This document shows, piece by piece, positions 1 through 11,954 of a stretch of 64,000 bases of DNA. A program made the translations under genes and the position numbers. The notes beneath the pieces were generated by a model. It did not search any database. It had not been told where the DNA came from and saw nothing but the letters and a program-made list of their open reading frames with translations. The DNA comes from Camelus ferus. Taxonomy: Eukaryota. The stretch lies in the NCBI RefSeq assembly GCF_009834535.1, contig NC_045697.1, positions 52,578,001-52,642,000 on the forward strand, in the 5' to 3' direction. The first letter of the stretch is position 1, and each line of letters starts with the position of its first letter.

Positions 1-1129
1 TGAGACGTGGATAATGCTGTGGGGCCAAAACAATGACCAAGAACTAGAGAAAGTGCCACAGGAGATTTAAATTAGCCTAGTTAAACCCAATCCCAGAACC
101 TCAGGACTCTAGTTTTCCACACGCATCCAGAAAAGAGAAGCATGACAGTCACTTCACAGCAGCACCTAATCGTACCTTCAGAGTTGGAATGACCCTTAAC
201 ATCACCTGGCTCAACCTCTTCATTTATCAATGAGCCAACTAGAGCCAAATAGTTAACACTGTAGAGGCTGGGACTTTTGGTTCTCCTGGTTGGTTATAAA
301 AGGTTTCCTTTCCCATTTTCCCATTACCTTGGTACCAGACTCCACCTCCCTGGCCCCCATTTTCCACTGTCTGCAAAACACAGACAAGGAAAAAAAAAAA
401 AGGATTAATCCTTCGGGTTAGCAATCACCTAGAAGACAAAAAGGGCTCAGGAGTTCTCTGAAAATGTCTCTGTCTTATAATCACAGAAAGACAGGTTTAA
501 ATCCACAACCCTTAGTTCCATAAACTGCCCCAGAATATGAAAATGTTCTGGCTGTGACATCTGTCCTCCCATTGAGCACCTGGGGTCATGCAAACAATGC
601 AGCCAGCCAGGCTTGTGTCTTCTTTCTCGCTCACCTTCTCCTCAGTTCTCCCAACACCTGTTATTCTTCTCCGTTTAGTTCTTCCCGCTTCCTATTCTCC
701 CAGGCGCTCCTCCCAGCTCTCATCCATCTCCCTTTCCAAATTCCTTTCCTGCTCCAGAGGAACCAGAACTCGAGCACACTCTTCTGGAATGAGTCCTGCC
801 CTGGGGAAGTCAAGAAGCCTGGCTCCTCATCCTAGTTATCCAATTACTCTCAGTGTTACTGAGAGCAAATCACTTTAACCTCTCCAGGGCTCATCTCTCT
901 GTCTGTAAGGTGAGAATGTTGAGCTACATTTTCTCTGAGATCCTTTCTAGCTCCAAAAAGTCTATAATAATTCTAAATATTTTAACTGGTTACATGTAAT
1001 GGAGCACACACAGAGAAAGGCCAAACGTTTTCTACTACTTCTCCAAGTGCCTTCTCAACTTATGATGACAGTTTTCTCCTTGGAAACTCTACAATCAACT
1101 CCAATTTGACTCTTTCCTAACCATGCCAT

Positions 1130-2150
1130 CCAGATCGCTAACAAAAGCCACCAATCACCTTTTCCTGCCAAATCCACTAACTACTGCTTAACCTCCAACT
1201 ACCTGACTCCAGGTAGCACTCTGCACAGCCAGTCACTGGCTCCTTATTGAAAATGCTCTTCTCTTGGTCTCAGAGACACTGCCCTCTTCCTGGTTTTCCT
1301 CTGACTTCTGTGATTGCTCCTTCTCTACTTTCAAACGTTGGCATAGCAGAGCCCAGTTCAATCCTCATCTCACTCTGTCCTCTCCCCTTGGTAATGTCAT
1401 CCACTCTTATGGCTTAAAATGCTAGCTATCTCCCTAGGGACTCCCAAACTTACATCTCCACCCCATCCTTCTTGTTAGCTCCAGTTTGTGTAGCCAAGTG
1501 CCTGCTTTAGAGTTCTACCTGGATATCTCACAGGGGCCTCAAACTCAAAAAGCTGAACTCCTATCATCCTCCACTACTCTTCCTACAGTACTCCCCATCT
1601 GACGAATGACACACAAATCTCCCAAATCACTCACAGCAGGAATCCAGAAGCAATCATGTCCATCCACCCATCTGTCCATCAGCAAGTCCTGGCAATTCAA
1701 CCCATCTCTTTTGTCTCCACTCTGCTCCAATCTAACATCATCTCTCAGTTGAATCTTAGCAACAGTCTCCCCACCTTTACCTTCGCCCTCTTGGGAAACT
1801 CTCTCCATCCACCAGCCAGAGAGATCTTCTTTAAAATGCAAATTTTTGTCTTGCCACTTCCCTGCTTATAATGCTCTGCAATGGCTCCCCAGCGCACATT
1901 CAAAAAAATTCAAAATTTTTAGCATAGCAAAAAAGGCCACAAATTATCTGGGTTCTATCTACTTGGGGCCACCCTCTCCTGGTTCACGTGGTCCAGCAAC
2001 ATAGGCCTTATTTCTGCTTCTCAGACAGGCCTGCCTCTTTCTCAGCAGCTGGGAGTCTTCCCTCATTCCTGACCTAGCTAATCCTCCTCACCCTCTAGGT
2101 CTCAGCTCACTGTCACTCTGTGAGAGATGCATTCCTTAGTCTCCCACGTA
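1130..2150 (+). mobile_element. LINE-2 fragment (decayed)
   Basis: Pyrimidine-rich L2 3' region motifs: ctcttcctggttttcctctgac, gactcccaaacttacatctcca, ctacctggatatctcacaggggcctcaaactca, cagccagagagatcttctttaaaatgcaaat, tctcagctcactgtcact. Confidence 0.75.
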
Positions 2151-2318
2151 AACTCACCCATGTACATGATACACTCTCCAAATTGTCATAGCTACCAACC
2201 TGTGTCCTTAAATAATGACTCGTTTATTTGACTGCACATGAATTGTGGTCCTAATTGGAATATGTTATCACTTGCAATGGTACATGTGAGCCTGGAAAAG
2301 CAACATATCAGAGCTTAC

Positions 2319-2348
2319 CGCTGCAACTGTTCCTACCATTTTGATAAG
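2319..2348 (-). CDS. SLC4A4: Candidate 30-nt alternative cassette microexon in SLC4A4 intron 2 (predicted)
   Basis: Minus strand: long T-rich tract ending ...ttctttaag|CTTATCAAAATGGTAGGAACAGTTGCAGCG|gtaagc. It is 30 nt, phase 1-1 compatible with exon 2, has no stop, and encodes AYQNGRNSCS. No transcript evidence available. Confidence 0.55.
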
Positions 2349-3076
2349 CTTAAAGAAAAAAAAATAATAATAAAGGCACTGTCCATCAGTTAAAGTTAAT
2401 AAGGAGAGTCACCATCGATATTAATCAACTAATTTGTTGATCACCAGGTATCAGTACCAGCAGTCTGAAAGCGTTCTGCAGTCGCAGCAAGCACTGCTGA
2501 GAAGGTGTTGAGCGTAAAGATAAATCACATGCAAGGAATATATCCAGGGAAGATAATATCTTACATTGATAGGGTTCATCCTGGGGATTTCAAATCAGTT
2601 GACTTACATCCCTGGCAAAACTAGGAAGAGAAGGAAGCACCAATGCTGCTTCTTTCCATGAAAATCTGAGACTCAGAAATTAAGTAATTTGCCATTGGCT
2701 TACTGCTAGTACCAAAGTATTTTTCTGGTGTTTTCCAAGACTCCTTAGAGCATCTCTAGTAGGTAGATAAGAAGATAGGTTATTAACTGCCCTTTGCCTG
2801 AAGGAAATGTAACCACACAAGCATAATTGGCCTCATGTCACCCAGAAAGGCAGGGCAGAGCCAAGAACAGAAATAGGTCCTGAGATGCCTGGTTCTCTAC
2901 GACATTCTCAACACACAGCATGGACTGAAGAAAAGTACCTCAACCAGCAGATACTGACTGAGTTTGCCAAATACATGTATCCATGGTTTTTTGATTATGA
3001 GTTTTCATTCTACATCCAAGACACTGTCTTTATTTTTCAGCAGGGGTAGAATTGTTTGTTGAAAATTTAATAATCA

Positions 3077-3219
3077 GGGGGAGGGTATAGCTCAAGTGGT
3101 AGGGCACATGCTCAGGACGTGTGAGGTCCTGGGTTCAATCCCCAGTACCTCCTCTAAAAGTAAATAAACAAATTACCTCCCCCTACAAAAAAAATAAATC
3201 AAACAACATTTTTTTAAAT
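3077..3219 (+). mobile_element. tRNA-Ala-derived SINE (camelid Vic-1-like)
   Basis: GGGGGAGGGTATAGCTCAAGTGGTAG (A box)...GGTCCTGGGTTCAATCCCCAGTACCTCC (B box), then an A-rich linker, AATTACCTCCCCC and an A tail. Perfect 15-bp TSD AAAATTTAATAATCA at 3062-3076 and 3220-3234. Confidence 0.9.
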
Positions 3220-6200
3220 AAAATTTAATAATCAACTGGAAGATGAAGTGATGATTTAGCCTATCTATGAATGTGTGATTCTAGCCCTCTAAAGTTGATA
3301 TGTTGCCCAATATTACTAAAATTCAAACACCCATTTTGATTTCCAAAAGTTCCCACCATGAGGAGTCAGATAAATCATATCCTAAGAGGTTTATGCAGCA
3401 TCTGTTCTCCTTTCAAAGCCAGCGGGGTATAAGGAAAGGTGAACACATTGAGTATAGCATTCAGGGTGGCTGCTTTCTAATTCTAACTCCGTGGAAAGGT
3501 AGAAACAATTAATCAGATTTAAAAGCTTTTGCAGCTATTCAGAGAAGGGAGTTATTTAAGTCTCCTCTACTGCTGATTCAATGGATGTCACTCACCACCC
3601 CTCCACCTTCACCTTCATCCCACCTGGCAATCAGCAGCTTCAGGGGCACAATATTTGGAACCTCCTGTGAACTCCCATCATGGAAGGCTCTCACCTCAGT
3701 CCCCTAAACGCGATCAGTCAGAAAAGTAAAATAAAACAAAAAAAATCCCACAAGCATGCTCACCACAGCACCAAGAGAGCCTCAACTGAGCTTTATTTCC
3801 CCAATGATTCTGAGTCTTGTAATGTTAAAAATGGAGAAATACTTAGCTCAGGTTGAAATACTTAGTATTATTTCTATACTATTGCATAATCTCATTAAAT
3901 TGGCACCCAAATTATATAACAGCCACTGGGGAACATATTCTAGTCTATGCTGCAGAGGGGGAAGAAAAAAATGTATATATATAATATATTTATATACTAT
4001 ATAGATAGATAGATGCAGATATTTATATAATAGAGCCTTGAATTCTCCTCATTGGTGGAAATGTATCATATAGTTAAATCTGTTTTCCAGAATAAGCAAC
4101 TTTGCAGGCTTTATTAGACCATAAGCACGCATTTGTAATTTACCCTGTATGCAATTATACTTAGTATGCCTCTTCTTGTAAAAGGAGGCAATTTCACAGG
4201 TAGGGGAAATATGTATCAGAGCCATTTAACTGTGAAAATCAGACCTAACATCCAGACCTTAAAGGGAATCAGAATAAGTCCAAAGAGAAATAGACAGCTG
4301 GCCTTGGAAAACCTTTCTGGCTTTGCCTTTTCCAATACAAAAAGCAGTAGGTAAGTGTGGTTAGGAAGGCAAGGGATAGACGTTGGTAGAAATGAATTAA
4401 GCAAATAGCAAACATTTAGGTCAGTTGCAATTTTTAGAGTGATAATCATCATTGAAAATTATTGGTGCGGCTATATCAATCAGAAAGCAAAAGAACAGAA
4501 AGTGGTATGGTACAGAGCATTCCTATTCCTAATGTCACATACAGCAGCAACACTTTCTTACTGTAACATGCAATGCTGTACACTGGAACACTGGACATGA
4601 AGCGCTGTGACATTGTAACAGGTAACATGTAATTATCCAAACAGGTTCAATGGTGAATGGCATGATCTATTATTCTCATTTTACAGAACAAGAAATCCAA
4701 AATCCAAACAGTGAATTTCATCCTTCACTTATGCCATGCTGCAGCAATACAGCGCGTTTTAAACTTTTCTTCCCAAACTGATGCCCAGCCGCTCAGCTTT
4801 AACAACACATGAACAAAACAAGGGATAGAGACTCCCCCAAATAAATAGGAAACAATATGTCTCAAAAATACGAGCAGACACGAAGCCTTGAAAAAAGAAA
4901 CTCAACCATAGACAAAACTGCTCCAAGTGTATTAGTTTAGAATTTCTGGATCCTTGTCAAACACAACAAGTACCAAGTTCAATCTGTGAAGTTTACTGCC
5001 ATAAAAGAATGTAGACACCCAGGACAGAAAGTGGCTTCAGAGGGCGTTGGCCCAGACTCTTCCATCAGGAAATTCTCTACAGTTGGAAAACTTGGGGGCA
5101 GGATGTCTGATTCTAGTTTCAAAAGCCCACAGAATTATCACGGAGCTCAAGAAATCCATGCACAAATATTTAACTTCACTGACACAGCACGAGGCGCCAG
5201 GCAGCCAGGTGCTGCCTGCTGCAGGGCCTCTGGAGGGATTTCAGCGGAGGCCCCGAGGAGGAAGAGGCCGGACACAGCGAGAGGTCGGCGTGGGCTCCGC
5301 CGCTCTGGGAAACCCAAGCTGCCCGTTCAAGCACCAGCCCGTAAACACCTCACAGCGTTTCCTTCAAGCGCTCCAGTGTGTGGAATCATTGTTTCTTTTA
5401 AGAAGGCTTTTCCCTCGGCAATATTTGCCCAAGTATTTCCTCTGTACACAGTGTTTCTGAGCAATTAGAGTGAACAGGAGAGAGGAGGTCAGCAAAACGC
5501 AACCGGACACTTGTGTCCAGCGCTCAGAATAGCGCGGCCCGGACTCGGCCCCTGCCTCCCCACCCGATAGGCTTTCATTCACTCCTTCTCGGCAGTTACG
5601 TTTTGACCATTGTCATCGTTAACAACTGTCCAGCAGGCCCCATTTTTTTCCTTAGAATACCACCTCCTCCCACACACATAAATACATCATCATAATATCC
5701 TCTAGTGAAAAACAGGTTTGAGTCTTGATGACTTCAAGTCTGTAAAATGCTCAGATCCTGACCTCCAGACAGACAAAAGCCACCATTTCACCATTTCATC
5801 TCTCTTTTCAAAATACAGAGCAGAAGAAGGAAAAAGAATAAGGTGGAGATGTTTTAGGGGCTTCTTCTTATCAATACAAACGATATAAAGACATCAATGA
5901 TCTTTGTAAAATGAAGCAGGAATAACAGCAAGAAGAGGACCCCTAGAGACTATCACCTCATTCGACTGAGTTCTAAGGGAACCAAATTGCTAACTAAAAA
6001 CTTAAACAAAGATTTTAGAGGATTATATAAAGTAATTTTATGTACGCTTTAGTTTATTTATACATTCATTTATTCACTCTTTCCTTTAACAAATATTTAG
6101 TGAATGTCTACTTTGTTCCAGACCCTGTCTTTACTTTTTCACCTTTATTTCCCTAAAAATAATCTTCCCATAAATTCCATGCATTTTCAACAATCCTCTC

Positions 6201-6956
6201 TCTCTCTCAGTGTCCATCCGTAGACATGGAAATCTGTAGACTTATTCTTCCATCTGGACAGATGGGAGCACACTTCCTTTTGGACTTGGTTTTGAACGAA
6301 AGAGGAAAACCCCATGAAATATCATAATGGCTTTTAGTAAGAACACTGAGCAAACTTCTGAAATGGAGACCCATTTCAGCCAATATTGTCTTGCTGTACT
6401 TTGTGCTTCCTGAGTTGCTGGTTAGGTTTGATGTTAAGAAAAGGCCCCTCCTCACAAAGTCAGAGTTGCCAAGGCTGGCTGGGGAGTTACCTAGTCTTGC
6501 AGAGCCAAGGCCTTATCTCAAAGGATAAGGTGGAGTTTGCTCTTTTTCCCCTATTGCAAAATATGAGAATATTAAGTAATCTGCTTACGTCATACAGACC
6601 CCAAATCTTAGCTGACTTTTTAAAGGATAAAATATCCATAAGATTTCCTTCTGTTTGGAAAGAGCTACCTAGGATTCTTTCTTGCCATCTCAACCTCGGC
6701 TCACCCAACAAAATTTGCCTGTTTCCTCTAAGTGTGTCTGAAGTGAAAACTTAGTTCCTCACAGTCAGCATTTCAGGATCACTCTGGTAACATTCATTTG
6801 TCATCTACAGACCAATTCTGTGAAAATGCCTGGGCTGGGCCTGGAGCCTTTTGGTACAGAAACAAATGTGATATCTGAAATGACGTGAAAAATTTTAAAT
6901 GTTTACCCACAGTCACCATTCCATACTAAAAATGTTAGCTTTAAAAAGCACAGTAT

Positions 6957-7089
6957 GGGGGGAGGGTATAGTTCAAGTGGTAGAGCCCATACTTAGCATG
7001 CACAAGGTCCTGGGTTCAATCCAAGGTATCTCCTCTAAAAATAAACAAACAAATAAACCAAATTACGCACCCCCCCCCAAAAAAAAACA
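6957..7089 (+). mobile_element. tRNA-Ala-derived SINE (camelid Vic-1-like)
   Basis: Same head with anticodon loop CTTAGCATG, B box GGTTCAATCC, linker and C-run/A tail. Flanking direct repeat CACAGTAT at 6949-6956 and 7090-7097. Confidence 0.88.
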
Positions 7090-7189
7090 CACAGTATAAA
7101 GTAGCCAAAGAAAGAAGAGATGTTAAAAGCCTCTATTTTAAAGGTCAAAACTGACACTTGGTTTTCTTTCTCAAGAGTATCTCCTTAAG

Positions 7190-7489
7190 ATTCACAGGCA
7201 TAGAAAACAAACATGGTTACTGGGGGACAAAGTTGGAAGGGATGGATAAATTGAGAGGCTGGTATTAGTAGATACAAACTACTATGTACAGAACAGATAA
7301 ACAACAAGGTCCTGCTATACAGCACAGCGAACTATATTCAGTGGCTTGCAGCAACCCATAATGAAAAAGAATATATATATATATATGAATGTATGTATGT
7401 ATATAATTGAAACACTATGCTGTACACCAGAAACTAATACATTGTAAATCAACTATACTTCAATTAAAAACTGGGGAGACAAAAAGAAA
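7190..7489 (+). mobile_element. 5'-truncated LINE-1 3' UTR
   Basis: Typical laurasiatherian L1 3' end (atggttac...gatacaaactactat...agcacag...gaaaaagaatatatat...tgctgtacaccagaaactaa...ttgtaaatcaactatacttcaattaaaaa). Degenerate TSD aagagtatctccttaag / aaaagtatttctttaag. Confidence 0.85.
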
Positions 7490-10400
7490 AAAAGTATTTC
7501 TTTAAGCCAGTAACACAAGTGCACAAGACAAATATGTGAAAACAAGCTTTAGGTCTTTAAATATATCCCACATGGATAAATTCATTATTTAAACAGAAGG
7601 TGACTCCTCTTCTGACTCACTCTCCTCTTAGTGAGTTTTGCAGCTGATGGTTTTCTACTGAGTCTTTAGAATGTGGATTCAATGTCATGCCACCCACTGC
7701 GAGTAAAGCTGAACCAGGTGAACTGAAGGTGGGGTTGGCAATCTCAGCCTCTCTCCTCTCCTCAGAACCACAGCCTCAGGAAGAGCTGTGAGGGAGCATC
7801 TGGCCCTGGCCTCCAGGCTGAGCCGATCCAATCACCCCGTATTGAGTGACCTTAAGAAGAACTTCTAAAGTATAAACATTTCAGAGTAACTAGAGTCATT
7901 GGAGGTCACCCTAATAATCATTTAATGGGAGTGCATCTTGTTTGTGCAAATTATTTTAAAAAACAAAGTTTTATCTTAAGTTTACTTTTGCCAAGGGTGC
8001 TGCAATATACTTTGACCATGTTTATCCAAGAAGCAACAGAAATAACTACTTGGATAAAAGGAAATATGTCTGATAAAAGAAATGTTAGGTGTTCCAGCTC
8101 CTTGCCCTTTGAATTTGATCCTTAAAATCGGAGCACCAACTGCCTGCCACAAATGTACCAGAAACTCAGCTATTTTGGAACAGAAATAACAGCCTGCTCT
8201 CCCTCAAAGACACTCTTTTCTATGCAATTGAAAACATGAGACAGACTCATGTCCTTGAGGAAAACATTCCCACTCGAAATCCTGCTTAGAGTTCTTGACA
8301 GTCAAGTCATCTGTTTCTTCATTCTCAACCACTGGGACCATGGATAGATAAAGCCGTCACACCCATCTCTATTTCAACTTCCTTACACTTTCACCTGGAG
8401 TAACTGTAAAATGTAAGTGCTCCCACCCCTACCGGGGGAAGCGAGGTGAGGATATGGGAGAGTCGGAGGGGAGGGCCCTGACTACAGTTTCATGACTTGC
8501 ACTACAAGGAGGCCATACTGTTGGATCACCTCCACAAAACAACGAGACCACGAGCAACCATCCTCCACCAGCAGCCATGTCTTGTAAGACATGTGATTAA
8601 TCCAAGCTCCAATCGACATGAAACATAATCGTTCAAACACAGTCTTAACCAGAAGAGAAAACACACAAAATCCACGCGGCAAGCTGAATCCTCACAAAGC
8701 CAAACAATTTTACAGATGTTTCCGCCACTTTTTGTCTTTTGTTTCTCCCTAAAGAAACCTGACTCCAGGGTTCTGTGCTGTTCATTACCCTGTTGTCTTA
8801 ATTTTGTACTTGAAAATCAAGGGGAAAACTTCAGGAAATACACTTCTTAGTCAAAGCCTTAAGAAATCCATGTATAATATTCTATTTTAATAGACTGCTG
8901 TCAATCCTACAGACCTTACAAACTCAAGAACGATTTATATCTCCTGTGAAGTTAGCTAGAAGGCTATTCACAAGGAACACACACACACATACAAACTCAC
9001 ACACAGAGTACATCTCATCCCCAAGCTTTCTCACTGATTTTTCTACCTTAACTGTCCTGAAATTATAGGGTATTTGCTCAATCCTACATTAATTCTTATC
9101 TTCATATGCTATAACTTTAAGATTCTTATCTCCTTTTTGACACTGGGACAGTGACAGAGTCACCACAATGGAGGTTTAACATCATGGGTTACAAGACTCT
9201 TAAGACAAAAGTTTTATTATTTTGCTTTCACTAACTTGGCATTTCCCCACAGTCATGTTGTAAAAGTGCAAGGAACCCATAAAACAATATGAAAGAAAAT
9301 ATTGCGGTTTCCTTTTTCCTAAGAAATGCAGGCATCAAATTCTTATTAGTCAGTCTCAAGAGCACACACGCAGGAAAGAGGGAGGAGGGAGGTGCAGGGA
9401 GAGACCAGCCCTCCAACACGACACGGTCTGAAGAAACTTACTAAGGAAACCTTTCAGCCACACTATCCCAACTATTCCAGGTGCCAGAGGAGCACCCCTT
9501 GCCTGGGACCTGGCTGAAGCGGCACCCTAGAACACACAGGACCCAGCCTCTTTTACCTGAGCCCACCCACTCCCCAGTCCCAGTCTCTAGTAGACATTAA
9601 ATACTTACTGGATGGTACCAATCTGACTAGAGTGTCCAAAACACATACGAACTCTTCCTTGGGTGATTTTACAGGGCAGAATTTATGACATGGTTCCCCA
9701 GCAAGGTTCACTGAACTCTTAAGTACTGTCTAGAACCTTGATTACTTTTCAAACTGTCATTATGAAAATTAGTGACACCTGGTGTATCTGTGATGCCTTC
9801 ACATACTTACTTTAATAAATATTAATTAAGCCCTACCTTCTCACTATCAATTAATCACTGCTAAGTCAAGAGAAGAGAGAAGGAAAGGCACGCTGAAAGC
9901 ACCCAGCACCAGCTGAAATTTAACTCTTACCTGGTTTGTAGCTGGCACTGGGGAACATGAGCAAAAGAGGTCCTGGAGGTTTTTTAAGGAAGAAATGCTT
10001 GCCCATCTTTTCCTAACTGAGACGCAGCCATAATTACCACTCTTTATATCCTCAGCTTAGACCCATGTTTCCTGCAGCAATGGTATCATTCTCCCTCCGT
10101 AACATCTGTTTCTCTACCCCGCAGGCAATAAGGAAAAATTTTAGAAGATACTGCCAAATACATTTATATAAATCTAGCAGCTTCCTTGAATTAGTCATTG
10201 GAAGGTGGTTAATATTATCAGGCAAAATTATTTAGTTTTGATGGAGAGGCACAACTGACATAGGCACCTGCTTTAAAGTAAGACCCCTGTTTTTTGGATG
10301 TTGTTATTAGCCAGGCAGGACCACCCTGATTCAGACACTGATGGGCCAGTATACTTCTCAAGAATTACTTTCTGTGTTGAAGCAAAATGTGGAGATTAAG

Positions 10401-10521
10401 GAAGCTCCACAGAAAACCGTGGGTTTCTAACTTCAAAAATACAAGCTACGTGCCATGCATGCGCGCTATTACAAAGACATAGGTATGTACGTATACACTT
10501 CCCCAGACCCGTCAGGCTCAC

Positions 10522-10594
10522 CTTCTACTTCTTCTTCATCACACACATGCTTAAGGAAGGAAGCACCTCTGTCCAGGACAGCTTCATCCTCCAT
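10522..10594 (-). CDS. SLC4A4: First coding exon (exon 2, 10522-10595) of electrogenic sodium bicarbonate cotransporter 1, NBCe1-B/C-type N-terminus; partial CDS continuing beyond the window start
   Basis: Minus strand reads cttttttcttttttattactatag|G ATG GAG GAT GAA GCT...GAA GTA GAA G|gtgagc. It encodes [24 protein letters not shown] plus the first base of Gly, matching the known NBCe1-B/C N-terminus. Canonical polypyrimidine/AG acceptor (10596-10597), GT donor (10521-10520), phase-1 end. Confidence 0.97.
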
Positions 10595-11047
10595 CCTATA
10601 GTAATAAAAAAGAAAAAAAGAATGCTCAGACTTCTCCTGGAGTGAGCCACCAGATGCTGCCCAGCTTCTGGGCAGGTGAACCTGTAAGCCGCTGTTCATG
10701 TCAACGGGGCAGAGTCCCTCCGCCTTGGGTGTCTGCTGCTCCTTCGCTCCTTCAGCTCCTCTCAGCTGGTGCTGGAGAATATGCCGGTCCCACATAGCTT
10801 CGGTCCTAACCTTGAGAGGGCACCCACGGGGACAGGTGAGAGAAAATCATCTCAGTCCTCCAGGCTGGATGCCGGGGGTTCTCTCCTTTGGGATTTGCAC
10901 CCAAAAAAAAAAAAAAAAAAAAGATGAAAGGAGAAAAAAATACCAAGAGAGGAAGTTTGGTGTGCCTGGAGTACTCGTGATGATCGTTTGTGGAAATCCA
11001 GCTTCGGTGCTCAGCTCTTTAAACACCCACTGCATAAAAATGTATAC

Positions 11048-11050
<3 letters not shown>

Positions 11051-11088
<38 letters not shown>

Positions 11089-11108
11089 CGCACACCCACC
11101 CACACACA
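11051..11108. repeat. (CA)n microsatellite
   Basis: About 16 perfect CA units followed by interrupted units, ~460 bp upstream (minus sense) of exon 2. Confidence 0.95.
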
Positions 11109-11954
11109 GAGAGCGGTGGGGAGTTAGGCTAGTGCACAGTGGGAGCCTAGCTTCCAGCCAGCCTCTTAATACCAGCACAGCCCAGTATTCTCTGTTGAGT
11201 GGCAAGCTTTGAGTCACATGTTGGCCTTACGGAAATCTGACATCTGAGGATTATCCAGCAACCCGGCGTCGGCAACGGTCACATATATATGCCACTCATT
11301 CATTCATTTTCCACATTCTTATCACATGTCTCTCTCTGTGTATAGCTGTCCTGTTAACTCTTCCCCAAGGGGCACAAAGTTCCTCATTTTGTAGCCACAT
11401 TATGCTGTCCTCCTGTCTCCTTACATAATAGGATCGCCTCTGCAATTTCATATGCTAAATAAGACCTCAGAATCCATCCAAGTAATGACAGCGTTTTCAC
11501 AGCCTCCCGATGCCAAACGTGTTTCTACTTTATAGAATGAGTTAAGGTTTATTTCCATATTCTGTGACTCCTTTTCATTGCACTAACTTTGACATACAGA
11601 ATTCCATGAACTCTATTTATAGTGAAAGCAGAAAGAAATCCCGAATTGCTCAAATGCTGCTTGTGTCCTACGGATCTAGAAACAAAGAACTTTCTCTGGG
11701 GACAGCTGCTCTATGTCATACCGTACATGAGCTCTGCCAGAGAACCAAATGTTCACTCTGTATTCTGTTCATCCAATTATATGCTCAGGCATTGAATCCC
11801 GTAGGTCTGCTTTCCATATTGTCTCTATAACGTATTCTTGTGCTTCCCATATTTGTTATAATCTACGTGGAGAAGCACTGAATTCACATTTCCCTCCTTT
11901 CTATTTTAGGAGTATTTCCATCTCACAAAGCAACCATCTGAGCTTAAAAAGTCA

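Noticed and set aside
2319..2339. ATG inside the candidate microexon as an alternative start (MVGTVAA)
   Set aside because: It would end in phase 0 while the downstream exon must be entered in phase 1, so it is out of frame with NBCe1.
4986..5468. 160-aa plus-strand ORF
   Set aside because: GTG start, antisense within an intron, no recognisable homology or splice structure; explained by local GC richness.
1..10521. SLC4A4 exon 3 (HHTIYIGVHVPK...) or the kidney NBCe1-A first exon
   Set aside because: No matching coding sequence was seen; these lie beyond the window start.
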